In this document: in pieces, positions 17,466 through 24,984 of the stretch
Layout of the letters: every line of letters starts with the position of its first letter
How positions within the stretch are numbered: position 1 is the stretch's first letter
From: a virus
DNA: 46,029 bases
Strand: one strand, 5' to 3'
IMG/VR virus record: IMGVR_UViG_3300045988_085935
Notes under the pieces: generated by a model
Seen by the model: only the letters and a program-made list of their open reading frames with translations
What the model was told of the DNA's origin: nothing
The model's database searches: none
Program-made: the position numbers and the translations under genes

Positions 17466-18503
17466 ATGGCAGACACAATTAAAATATCGGAACTCACAGA
17501 GTATACCGCTGAAGTAACGGACAGTCTGCTGATTCCGTTGGACGATGGAACAAAAACATATAAGGTTCCGGTAGGACATTTCAATCAGGGTGCAGCGTCT
17601 TCTGCAAAAGCGTATGCAGACAAGGCAGCGTCTTCTGCAAAGAACGCCGCAGCCAGTGAAGACAACACAAAACAGATAGCACAAGAGATTACAACAAACA
17701 CCTCAGCGGCAAAGGACGCAGCGAAAGAAGCAGAGGACGCAAAGAATGCAACGGTTCAGCTTAAAGCTGATACAGAACGTGCGGTGGCGTCTATAAAGAC
17801 ATCTGTACAAAATGCATCGGACTCTGCACTATCTGCTGCTGATTCTGCGGACGATGCTTCTGATTCAGCCACATTGTCTAAGTCGTGGGCGACAGGTGGA
17901 ACCGGAAAAAGAGAAGACGAGGATGTAAACAATGCGAAGTATTGGGCTTCCATTGCGGGAGCTGCGGCAGGAGGAGGCGTTCTTTCCTTTAATGGACGTT
18001 CTGGTTTTGTAGTTCCGGCAGACGGTGATTATAAGTCTGAGCAGATTAAACGCGGAGATTCAACGGTAGAAGCATCCTTGACCGCATTGGAAGAGACCGC
18101 AGGCGATGCAACAAACGTACCGATTGGAACGGTTGTAGAAGCGGTGGAAGAGTATCCGGAAATTTTTTCCGGAGAAACAGCCGGAGTAATTTCTGGTAAA
18201 ACAAAAAAATTCCTAGCATCACTGAAACGTCTTATTGAGACCGTAGAGAGAGACCTTAAACTTCTTATCTCAAACGTTGATAAGAAAACATCCATAAGGC
18301 TTCCGGCGCAATCTCTTACTGCCGCAGGAGGATCTCTCACATTCACGGATGATTCCATCACAGATACGTCATTGATCGAAGTATACGCAACGATTCCTAA
18401 CATATCTCCGGAAATTTACTCTGTAACAGGAACAACACTGACAGTTACGTTTGGTGCTCAAGAGAAGGCGTTTGATGTCTGTGTGACAGTGAGGAAGGAA
18501 TAA
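17466..18503 (+). CDS. Tail fibre protein
   Basis: A/S-rich heptad-like repeats (ASSAKAYADKAASSAKNAAASE...). VLSFNGRSGFVVPADGDYKSEQI is a typical fibre motif. Confidence 0.75.
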   Translation: MADTIKISELTEYTAEVTDSLLIPLDDGTKTYKVPVGHFNQGAASSAKAYADKAASSAKNAAASEDNTKQIAQEITTNTSAAKDAAKEAEDAKNATVQLKADTERAVASIKTSVQNASDSALSAADSADDASDSATLSKSWATGGTGKREDEDVNNAKYWASIAGAAAGGGVLSFNGRSGFVVPADGDYKSEQIKRGDSTVEASLTALEETAGDATNVPIGTVVEAVEEYPEIFSGETAGVISGKTKKFLASLKRLIETVERDLKLLISNVDKKTSIRLPAQSLTAAGGSLTFTDDSITDTSLIEVYATIPNISPEIYSVTGTTLTVTFGAQEKAFDVCVTVRKE

Positions 18504-18760
18504 TGGCAACCGTAAACAAAGTAGCATTGGCAAACGGAACCGTCCTGATTGATCTTACTTCGGATACGGTCAAGGCTGAATCTGTTCTGGCCGGAGTAAC
18601 CGCACACGACAAAAGCGGAGCAAAGATTACAGGAACTCTGTTTTCGAATTTCCAGGACAGCATGGAGCTTACAGATTCGATTACAGATTCCAGTGGGAAC
18701 GCTGTTATGGACAGTTCTGGAAGTCGGATAACGGGGATAAGAAAGTACAAAATGGTGTAG
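18503..18760 (+). CDS. Tail-fibre-associated protein (85 aa)
   Basis: The N-terminus V.L.....LIDLT.DT..AE....GVTAHDKSGA.ITGT is shared with 18967-19554. Confidence 0.5.
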   Translation: MATVNKVALANGTVLIDLTSDTVKAESVLAGVTAHDKSGAKITGTLFSNFQDSMELTDSITDSSGNAVMDSSGSRITGIRKYKMV

Positions 18761-18762
18761 CA

Positions 18763-18963
18763 ATGGCAACGTTTTTCAACTGTGAAGGCACAGGCAACAA
18801 TCCCTACGAGGGAGAATACGAAGTAATACCAATGCTCAGCAAGGATCAGACTTTGCCAACAGCGAATAAAACAATGCGAAAAGATGTTACGGTTCACGAG
18901 GTTCCTGTCTATATGGTGTCGAATGAATCTGGCGGGTACACAGTAACAATATGTAAGGAGTAA
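18763..18963 (+). CDS. Hypothetical 66-aa protein
   Basis: Tightly packed in the fibre operon. Confidence 0.45.
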   Translation: MATFFNCEGTGNNPYEGEYEVIPMLSKDQTLPTANKTMRKDVTVHEVPVYMVSNESGGYTVTICKE

Positions 18964-18966
18964 AAG

Positions 18967-19554
18967 ATGGCAGAAACAAAAAAGATTGGAAAAGTAGTTC
19001 TCGGCGATGAGGTACTGATAGACCTTACTGCCGACACAATCACCGCCGAAGATCTCAAAAAAGGAGTAACAGCGCATGACAAGTCTGGTGCGGCGATCAC
19101 TGGTACAAACACAAAGGATGCAACAACGGAAGACGCAACGGCTGCGGCAGCGGAAATTCTTTCCGGTAAAACCGCTTATGTAAAAGGCGCAAAAGTAACC
19201 GGAACCATGAAAAACAACGGGGCTGTCTCCGGTGAGATTTCAACAGTAGCAGGAGCCTATTCTGTTCCGGTTGGATATCATGATGGTTCTGGAAAGGTTG
19301 CGATTTCTGCAACAGAACAGAAAAAGCTGATTGCTTCGAATATTAGGCAGGGAGTTACCATTCTTGGAGTAACCGGAACAATGTCTGGAACAGAGGGAGC
19401 AAAGGCGCAGGCAAAGACGGTAACGCCTTCTCTTGCGCAGAAAACGGTCACTCCGGACGCTGGATATAACTATCTTTCACAGGTTGTTGTTTCTGCAATT
19501 CCGGTAGCAAGAGCGGATAACCCATCGGGCGGTCAGACGGTAACGATTGGATAA
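18967..19554 (+). CDS. Tail-fibre-associated protein (195 aa)
   Basis: The N-terminus is paralogous to 18503-18760. The C-terminus KTVTPSLAQKTVTPDAGYNYLSQVVVSAIP is a recurring Firmicutes-phage fibre motif. Confidence 0.5.
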   Translation: MAETKKIGKVVLGDEVLIDLTADTITAEDLKKGVTAHDKSGAAITGTNTKDATTEDATAAAAEILSGKTAYVKGAKVTGTMKNNGAVSGEISTVAGAYSVPVGYHDGSGKVAISATEQKKLIASNIRQGVTILGVTGTMSGTEGAKAQAKTVTPSLAQKTVTPDAGYNYLSQVVVSAIPVARADNPSGGQTVTIG

Positions 19555-19562
19555 GGTGATTT

Positions 19563-19901
19563 ATGAGCAGAATAAAAGACTATACGGCAGTATCTACCAT
19601 CGGAACCTCCGAAAAGATGCTGCTGGATGGTGAAAACGGGACGAAGAGCATCACGGCGGAGAATCTTGCAAAAGCTCTTTTAGGATACTCGCTGAAAAGG
19701 CTTCCGGCACAGTCTCTCACAGCTTCCGGAGGGACGCTGACTTTCAAAGATGCGAGTATCACGAAGGATTCTTTGATCGAGCCGTATGCAACCATACCGA
19801 ACATCTCACCATCCAACATGACTGCATCCGCAGGCGTTTGCACAGTGACATTTGATGCACAGAGTTCATCTTTTGACGTGTGCATCACGGTAAGAAATTA
19901 A
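19563..19901 (+). CDS. Short tail-fibre paralog (N-terminal anchor plus C-terminal domain of 17466-18503)
   Basis: RLPAQSLTASGGTLTFKDASITKDSLIEPYATIPNISP...TVTFDAQSSSFDVCITVRN aligns with the last ~70 aa of the 345-aa fibre. Confidence 0.6.
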   Translation: MSRIKDYTAVSTIGTSEKMLLDGENGTKSITAENLAKALLGYSLKRLPAQSLTASGGTLTFKDASITKDSLIEPYATIPNISPSNMTASAGVCTVTFDAQSSSFDVCITVRN

Positions 19902-19914
19902 AAGGAGAAAAAGC

Positions 19915-20229
19915 ATGAAGACACTCAAGTTTAAGAACGGGAAAACATTTGATTTCAGAGACACGTCCACCATCAATACGCTGGTGTATGACTGCACAGC
20001 TTTTGCTGACCTGGATTTTATCAAGGCACAGTTCGAAGTAGCGGACAACCTCATCGGTGGAACTTTTGATGGTGAGCCTGTCACCGGAGTGGTATATACA
20101 GGAGCACAGGTAGAGCTTGCTGCCGATGGAGCTATCGTGGCTCGCTTCACCACCAGAGCCTACACCAACGATGAGATCGTCAACCAGAGATTGTCTGATC
20201 TGGAAGACACAGTAGCAGAACTGATCTAA
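19915..20229 (+). CDS. Hypothetical protein (104 aa), fibre-module accessory
   Basis: SD GGAGAAAAAG. Lies in the position where XkdW-like genes occur. Confidence 0.45.
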   Translation: MKTLKFKNGKTFDFRDTSTINTLVYDCTAFADLDFIKAQFEVADNLIGGTFDGEPVTGVVYTGAQVELAADGAIVARFTTRAYTNDEIVNQRLSDLEDTVAELI

Positions 20230-20242
20230 GGAGGTTACCAAT

Positions 20243-20575
20243 ATGCCATTCTATCCGTGCCGTGTGGGGGGGGGTAATAAACTGAAAAGTGCTACAAAAG
20301 TGTATGAAAATAGTACACAGAAAAAAGACACTCATACTTTCACAACGCAAAAAGGAAAAGCATATTCCATAACGATTCTTGAATTTAATGGATCATCTAG
20401 CGTGAAAGCAAGTTATTCCGATTGCGAGATATTGTATCAAGAAAAGGATATGATGAACACGACGTACTACGCAACATTACTATCAGCGGTTGTCGTTGCC
20501 ACTGGTATATCAGTTACAGTGAAGATGAGCGGTGGCATCGACTATCAAAATACAACAGTATATGAATTGAACTAA
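20243..20575 (+). CDS. PFYPCR-GGG family protein, copy 1 (in frame through a G9 tract)
   Basis: AGGAGG SD. The N-terminus MPFYPCRVGGGNK is shared with the two downstream copies. The body is AT-rich. Confidence 0.6.
   Translation: MPFYPCRVGGGNKLKSATKVYENSTQKKDTHTFTTQKGKAYSITILEFNGSSSVKASYSDCEILYQEKDMMNTTYYATLLSAVVVATGISVTVKMSGGIDYQNTTVYELN
20266..20274 (+). repeat. G9 homopolymer inside codons 8-11 of 20243-20575
   Basis: Nine consecutive G counted directly (cgtgt ggggggggg taat). Confidence 0.95.
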
Positions 20576-20587
20576 AGGAGATCAGCA

Positions 20588-20722
20588 ATGTCTAAAGCAA
20601 AAGCAAGGATTTTAGCAAGATGCATCTATCGTTGGTCTAAGACCATCGAGGACGTAGATGAGCAGTATCGTGATGCAGTGAGAGAGCAGTACCTGTTACT
20701 CTTCGGAGAGGAGCTGACATAA
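20588..20722 (+). CDS. XkdX-like small protein (44 aa, below the ORF-track cutoff)
   Basis: AAGGAGA SD. MSKAKARILARCIYRWSKTIEDVDEQYRDAVREQYLLLFGEELT resembles XkdX-family proteins (...Y..v....Y..i.GE..) found between fibre and lysis genes. Confidence 0.5.
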   Translation: MSKAKARILARCIYRWSKTIEDVDEQYRDAVREQYLLLFGEELT

Positions 20723-21141
20723 TGAGCTTCTATCCATGTCGTGGGGGTGGGAAGAATCTTCCATCAATAACTTATGGACAGATATCAGAATACGAATCGG
20801 CTAGCGGTATGCCGCATGATTATGATCTGAATATTTATTTCGGAGATCTGCATTGGACGGCAAGTGCTGCAAATACGTACATTTATATTTATCGTATAAG
20901 CGAAAAAGCTAAAAAGTACAAACGACTTAGAGCACAGATTTATTACCGGCATCAGCAAGGTTCAGGTTTTAATTTAACTGGTAAAAACTGCACATTGACT
21001 ACTGTTAGTAAAGAGGCAAGCGGAACTACTACAACATATGTTGTAGACATTACAGATATGACCGGAGATTACTCAACTATTACGATTGTCAACGGAAATA
21101 TTACGATGTCGGCAGGAATCGAAATCATCGAAGCAGAATAA
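20722..21141 (+). CDS. PFYPCR-GGG family protein, copy 2 (G run interrupted)
   Basis: MSFYPCRGGGKN. TAATG coupling to the XkdX-like ORF. The Gly codons read GGGGGTGGG. Confidence 0.6.
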   Translation: MSFYPCRGGGKNLPSITYGQISEYESASGMPHDYDLNIYFGDLHWTASAANTYIYIYRISEKAKKYKRLRAQIYYRHQQGSGFNLTGKNCTLTTVSKEASGTTTTYVVDITDMTGDYSTITIVNGNITMSAGIEIIEAE

Positions 21142-21151
21142 GGAGGACAAT

Positions 21152-21450
21152 ATGCCATTTTATCCGTGTCGGGGGGGGGTAGCAACAAAATGGTGGAAGA
21201 CAAGTTTGCGATAAGCGGAGCAACGGCCACCTATGACTATAGCAAGCACTTTAAGTCATACGATGACTTTGTAAACAGAGCCAGATGGGTGCTTTTTGTG
21301 CGCGATACGTCGCGCAGTGTCGCATACTGTGGGAACTGCGGACAGGGAATCGAGACAAAGAGTGCCACGGTGAGTCATGACAACACCACTGTCACGGTTA
21401 AACTGAGCACGACAGGAAGCAATATGGAAATCAATATAATCTGTTATTAA
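21152..21450 (+). CDS. PFYPCR-GGG family protein, copy 3, frame-disrupted at a G9 tract (phase-OFF state, slippage-dependent, or assembly error)
   Basis: AGGAGG lies 5 nt before ATG 21152. That frame stops after 20 codons. The 94-codon body is in the frame of 21166 and would be joined by G10 or G7. Confidence 0.55.
21171..21179 (+). repeat. G9 homopolymer at the frame break of copy 3
   Basis: Nine consecutive G counted directly (tgtc ggggggggg tagc). Confidence 0.95.
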
Positions 21451-21454
21451 CAAG

Positions 21455-21483
21455 ATCCCCGGCTATTGCCGGGGATTTATTAT
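21455..21483 (+). terminator. Intrinsic terminator after the fibre/PFYPCR operon
   Basis: ATCCCCGG-CTATTG-CCGGGGAT followed by a T-rich tail. Confidence 0.7.
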
Positions 21484-21541
21484 GCCTAAAAGAAGTGCTA
21501 TCATTATTTACACACTGCACCAAGCAGAAGGGGGTAACAAG

Positions 21542-22234
21542 ATGAAAAAAATGATAGCAACCTTTACGGCGATTCTGACAGCTCTTTCACTGGCACTTCC
21601 AATCACAGCGAATGCACAGACCATCACAGCAACCAGTGTGCCGAATGTTTTTGGTGGATACACAACCACTTATAACATTCAACCGACCTATAGACCGATG
21701 ACGTTTGCAGAGTTTGCGGCAAGAGCAACGGAGTATGCCCGTAGGCAGTATGACGCACAGAATCAGGCCGCATGGCAATACGCGATTGCAAACCCTCAGC
21801 TTTCCACGATTTCCAATGCACTAGGAATAAATCTATCGTTCGTTACAAACCAGATTTCGTTCAAGCTCAATGCAGACCACAGTGCGGCAACGGTGAATTA
21901 TCCGTTTGTCATTCAGAACAACAGCGCTGCCGTTTGGTATCCTGACCCATTTATGCTAACGGATGCTGCCGGCAACGTGTACCCGACAACTTCTATGGTC
22001 ATGGGGGCTGTTGCGATAGCTCCACATACAGCTCAAACTATCGGTGTGCAGTTTGTTGTTCCTTATAACCAATTTGGAAATCTTTGCTCAGTACAATTAT
22101 CGCAGAACTCTTTTAGCGATACACCGGAAGTAGTAAGTGATTTTAATACCATGAGCCTGGATCAACTTGTTACAAAGTATGGGGTTGGGAATATAAACGT
22201 GTGGAGCATTAACTCATCGACAATGTTGTACTGA
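21542..22234 (+). CDS. Secreted protein (moron) with a signal peptide
   Basis: AGGGGGT SD before ATG 21542. MKKMIATFTAILTALSLALPITANA|QT. Flanked by terminators on both sides. Confidence 0.65.
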   Translation: MKKMIATFTAILTALSLALPITANAQTITATSVPNVFGGYTTTYNIQPTYRPMTFAEFAARATEYARRQYDAQNQAAWQYAIANPQLSTISNALGINLSFVTNQISFKLNADHSAATVNYPFVIQNNSAAVWYPDPFMLTDAAGNVYPTTSMVMGAVAIAPHTAQTIGVQFVVPYNQFGNLCSVQLSQNSFSDTPEVVSDFNTMSLDQLVTKYGVGNINVWSINSSTMLY

Positions 22235-22252
22235 TATCAAACAGCTTTTATG

Positions 22253-22283
22253 GCACTCTCGGAAACGGGGGTGCTTTTTTTTT
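22253..22283 (+). terminator. Intrinsic terminator after the moron
   Basis: An 8-bp stem (GCACTCTC / GGGGGTGC, with two G-U pairs) followed by T9. Confidence 0.8.
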
Positions 22284-22330
22284 GCATAATTTTACAAACG
22301 TTTTGAAGCTTCTATGATGTGAGTATAAGG

Positions 22331-22362
22331 ATAACTGCCTGTCTGAGCAGTTATCAGACAGG
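22331..22362 (+). promoter_or_regulatory. Interleaved A-B-A'-B' RNA helices overlapping the SD of the first lysis-cassette gene
   Basis: ATAACTGC | CCTGTCTG | GCAGTTAT | CAGACAGG. A' is the exact reverse complement of A and B' of B. B' overlaps the GGAG at 22361-22364. Confidence 0.45.
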
Positions 22363-22373
22363 AGAAAAGGTGA

Positions 22374-22760
22374 ATGGATAGACCAATAACGATCACTCCA
22401 TCCGAAATGTATACGGCGATCATGGCTGTTTGTGGAACGATCACTGCCGTTGCCGCAGCTATCGCCGTAATTGCGAAGGTGATAGAGCGTATGAGAAAAC
22501 CAAACAAGACACAAGACGCAAGATTAAACGAACACGAAGCGTGGTTAAAACGACACGACAAGAAGTTCGATGATTACGACAAATACCTGTCAAACGACAA
22601 AGCACGTCTTGATCATCTTGAGGGGTCAAATATTGCTTTTTCACGTTACATGCTTGCACTTGGCAATTTCATGATTGGAGCATCGGACAAGGAAGCATTG
22701 AAGTCAGCAATAAACAGGTTTCAAGAGTTCATTCTGAACGGAGAGGAAAGAAATGAGTAA
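22374..22760 (+). CDS. Membrane-anchored coiled-coil protein, lysis-cassette associated
   Basis: One N-terminal TM segment (AIMAVCGTITAVAAAIAVIAKV) followed by charged helices. Lies directly upstream of and overlapping the holin. Confidence 0.5.
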   Translation: MDRPITITPSEMYTAIMAVCGTITAVAAAIAVIAKVIERMRKPNKTQDARLNEHEAWLKRHDKKFDDYDKYLSNDKARLDHLEGSNIAFSRYMLALGNFMIGASDKEALKSAINRFQEFILNGEERNE

Positions 22761-22947
22761 TAAGGTATATGACATTCTGAAATGGGTAGCAATCATTGTT
22801 CTCCCGGCAGCATCTACGTTTGTAGCAACCGTAGGCCCTCTGTGGGGTATGCCAATGACGGACGCTGTTGCACAGACCATCACGGCAGTAGGAACATTTC
22901 TCGGTGCTGTTCTGATGGTTTCTACGGTGCAGTACAAGAAGGGATAA
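22753..22947 (+). CDS. Holin (small two-TM, Dp-1-like pattern)
   Basis: KVYDILKWVAIIVLPAASTFVATVGPLWGMP....ITAVGTFLGAVLMVSTVQY. 64 aa, immediately before the endolysin. Confidence 0.8.
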   Translation: MSNKVYDILKWVAIIVLPAASTFVATVGPLWGMPMTDAVAQTITAVGTFLGAVLMVSTVQYKKG

Positions 22948-22950
22948 CCG

Positions 22951-23835
22951 ATGGCATTAAACGGAATTGATATTGCATCGTATCAGAAAAGAATTGACCT
23001 CACTGCCGTTCCTTGTGATTTCGTAATCATTAAGGCAACGCAGGGAACAAAGTATGTTAATCCGGATTTCAGGAGAGCATACGAACAGGCAATCAACGCG
23101 GGAAAACTTGTCGGCGTATATCACTATGCATCTTCTGGCGGTGCTATCGCTGAAGCAGATCATTTCTTAAACACAATTGGAACTGCTGTCGGAAGAGCAA
23201 TTCTCTGCCTTGATTGGGAGAAGGGTGACAACGCCAATTTCTCAAATGTGGCTTATGCGCATAAATGGCTTGAGTATGTCAGAAGCAGAACCTGCGTTAC
23301 TCCGTTCATTTACATGAGCAAATCTGTCTGCCGTGCTTTCAACTGGAGTAATGTTGCCGGCCTGTATCCTTTGTGGGTGGCACAGTACGGAAACAGTTTA
23401 CCAACCGGATACAAGGTGTTCCCGTGGACTGATCGAGGTGGATACGGCGCATGGAAGTCATGCACGATATTCCAGTATTCGTCAACGGGACGATTAACCG
23501 GATGGGCCGGAAACCTTGACCTTAACAAAGCATATCTGACAAAGGAAGAGTGGCAGAGAATGGCATCCACTACGAAGAAGACCGAAGCAGCCGCAACCGC
23601 AGGAACCTATACCGCAGAAACCTATAAGGTTGGCTCTTATGATCTCTGTGATGTGAAGTATGGGGATCGCGGAGAGGTTGTCCGCTTCTTACAACAGCTC
23701 TTAAATGCAGAAGGATTCCCTTGTTCAGCAGACGGAATCTTCGGAGCCAAAACAGAAAAAGCATTGGCAGATTATGACTGTTCCATCCACAACATCAAGT
23801 GTGGAAAAGGAACATGGGAAAGACTCTTGAGGTAA
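22951..23835 (+). CDS. Endolysin: GH25 muramidase plus a C-terminal peptidoglycan-binding domain
   Basis: NGIDIASYQ, DFVIIKATQGTKYVNPDF and VGVYHYA are GH25 hallmarks. GDRGEVVRFLQQLLNAEGFPCSADGIFGAKTEKALADY is PG_binding_1-like. Confidence 0.9.
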   Translation: MALNGIDIASYQKRIDLTAVPCDFVIIKATQGTKYVNPDFRRAYEQAINAGKLVGVYHYASSGGAIAEADHFLNTIGTAVGRAILCLDWEKGDNANFSNVAYAHKWLEYVRSRTCVTPFIYMSKSVCRAFNWSNVAGLYPLWVAQYGNSLPTGYKVFPWTDRGGYGAWKSCTIFQYSSTGRLTGWAGNLDLNKAYLTKEEWQRMASTTKKTEAAATAGTYTAETYKVGSYDLCDVKYGDRGEVVRFLQQLLNAEGFPCSADGIFGAKTEKALADYDCSIHNIKCGKGTWERLLR

Positions 23836-23844
23836 GGAGGATAT

Positions 23845-24936
23845 ATGCGTGTAGAAACAATTACCGGAGGCGCGGTAAGTGGGAAAAGCAAAGTAGTAAA
23901 GAACAATCAGACCGGAGAACGCTATATCGTCTCCAACAGAACTGCCGCACAGAACGAAGCGGCAAACAAGGCATACTCCGGTGGTGGATCGCATTCGTCA
24001 AGAAGACCGTCTGGCGGTGGTGGTGGCGGTGGAACATCAAGCACAGGTGGTGCAATCAATAACGGGGCATCCGGTGGAGCGGCAGGAGCAGGATACAACC
24101 AGTCTTCCGGTTATACCGGCCCCAGCTTGTCCGATATCTATTCTCAGTACCTTGCAGGAATCAGAGCACAGGCAGAGGAAGCCTATAACCGTAAGATGGA
24201 TAACATTTCCAGAGCTTACGACAGCGCAAGGGGAAACCTCGATAACAATCTGAACGAGACAAGAAGACAGCTCACTGAATCCAGGGATTATTCCAACAAG
24301 AATATCAACGCAGACGCAGACGATTCTTTGAGACAGGCATACATCAATGCGATGCTCCAGAAAAAGAACCTTAGACAGAACATGACAGCACAGGGACTGT
24401 CTGGTGGTGCAAACGAATCCACTCTTGCTTCTCTTTCCAACAACTACGGAAACGCAAGAACAGATGTGAACACACAGAGAAACAGATCTCTTGCGGATCT
24501 GGAGCAGATGTTCAATACCAATATTTCACAGGCTATTCAGCAGTACAACAATGCCTTGTCCAGTCTGGATTTGCAGAGGATGCAGCTTGAGAACGCAGCG
24601 CAGGATGCGCTTGCAAACTACCAGACAGCGTATTCTGACAACATGGCCTACATTGCTCCAAGCAATGATGCTTATATATCTGCGCTCAATGCATTGCAGA
24701 ACAATCAGGCTAGCTTCTCGTTTGATCCTACGGAAGCGAATAATCCTTATGCACTTGCACAGATTCAGCAGGCACAGACAGGAGACACGTCTACGAACTA
24801 TGCGAAGCTGTTACAACAGCAGGCACTTAATGGGGCTAATTCCAGTCAGTTAAAGAGAATGGCATTCGCGGCACTTCAGAGAGGTGCAAACGCTCAGAGC
24901 CTTGCACAGACGCTTAATATGCTCGGTGTTGCATAA
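23845..24936 (+). CDS. Q/N/G-rich coiled-coil protein (possible internal virion/ejection protein)
   Basis: AAGGAGG SD 9 nt after the endolysin stop. Contains a Gly-rich tract, then long N/Q/A-rich helices. Confidence 0.4.
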   Translation: MRVETITGGAVSGKSKVVKNNQTGERYIVSNRTAAQNEAANKAYSGGGSHSSRRPSGGGGGGGTSSTGGAINNGASGGAAGAGYNQSSGYTGPSLSDIYSQYLAGIRAQAEEAYNRKMDNISRAYDSARGNLDNNLNETRRQLTESRDYSNKNINADADDSLRQAYINAMLQKKNLRQNMTAQGLSGGANESTLASLSNNYGNARTDVNTQRNRSLADLEQMFNTNISQAIQQYNNALSSLDLQRMQLENAAQDALANYQTAYSDNMAYIAPSNDAYISALNALQNNQASFSFDPTEANNPYALAQIQQAQTGDTSTNYAKLLQQQALNGANSSQLKRMAFAALQRGANAQSLAQTLNMLGVA

Positions 24937-24943
24937 CAATATG

Positions 24944-24971
24944 TGAGGGGCTTCGGCCCCTCATTTTTTTT
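24944..24971 (+). terminator. Strong intrinsic terminator between the 363-aa gene and the giant gene
   Basis: TGAGGGGC-TTCG-GCCCCTCA followed by T8. Confidence 0.9.
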
Positions 24972-24984
24972 ACAGGAGAAATCT

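Noticed and set aside
17466-19901. A diversity-generating retroelement (TR/VR pair) explaining the repeated fibre C-terminal domains
   Set aside because: The two DNA copies differ at all four base types rather than at adenine-specific positions. Both are in coding context, and no reverse transcriptase gene exists anywhere in the genome.
24943-24984. Upstream start of the giant ORF (2347-aa version)
   Set aside because: The first 14 codons lie within the GC-stem/T8 terminator hairpin. AGGAG plus ATG at 24985 is the credible initiation site.
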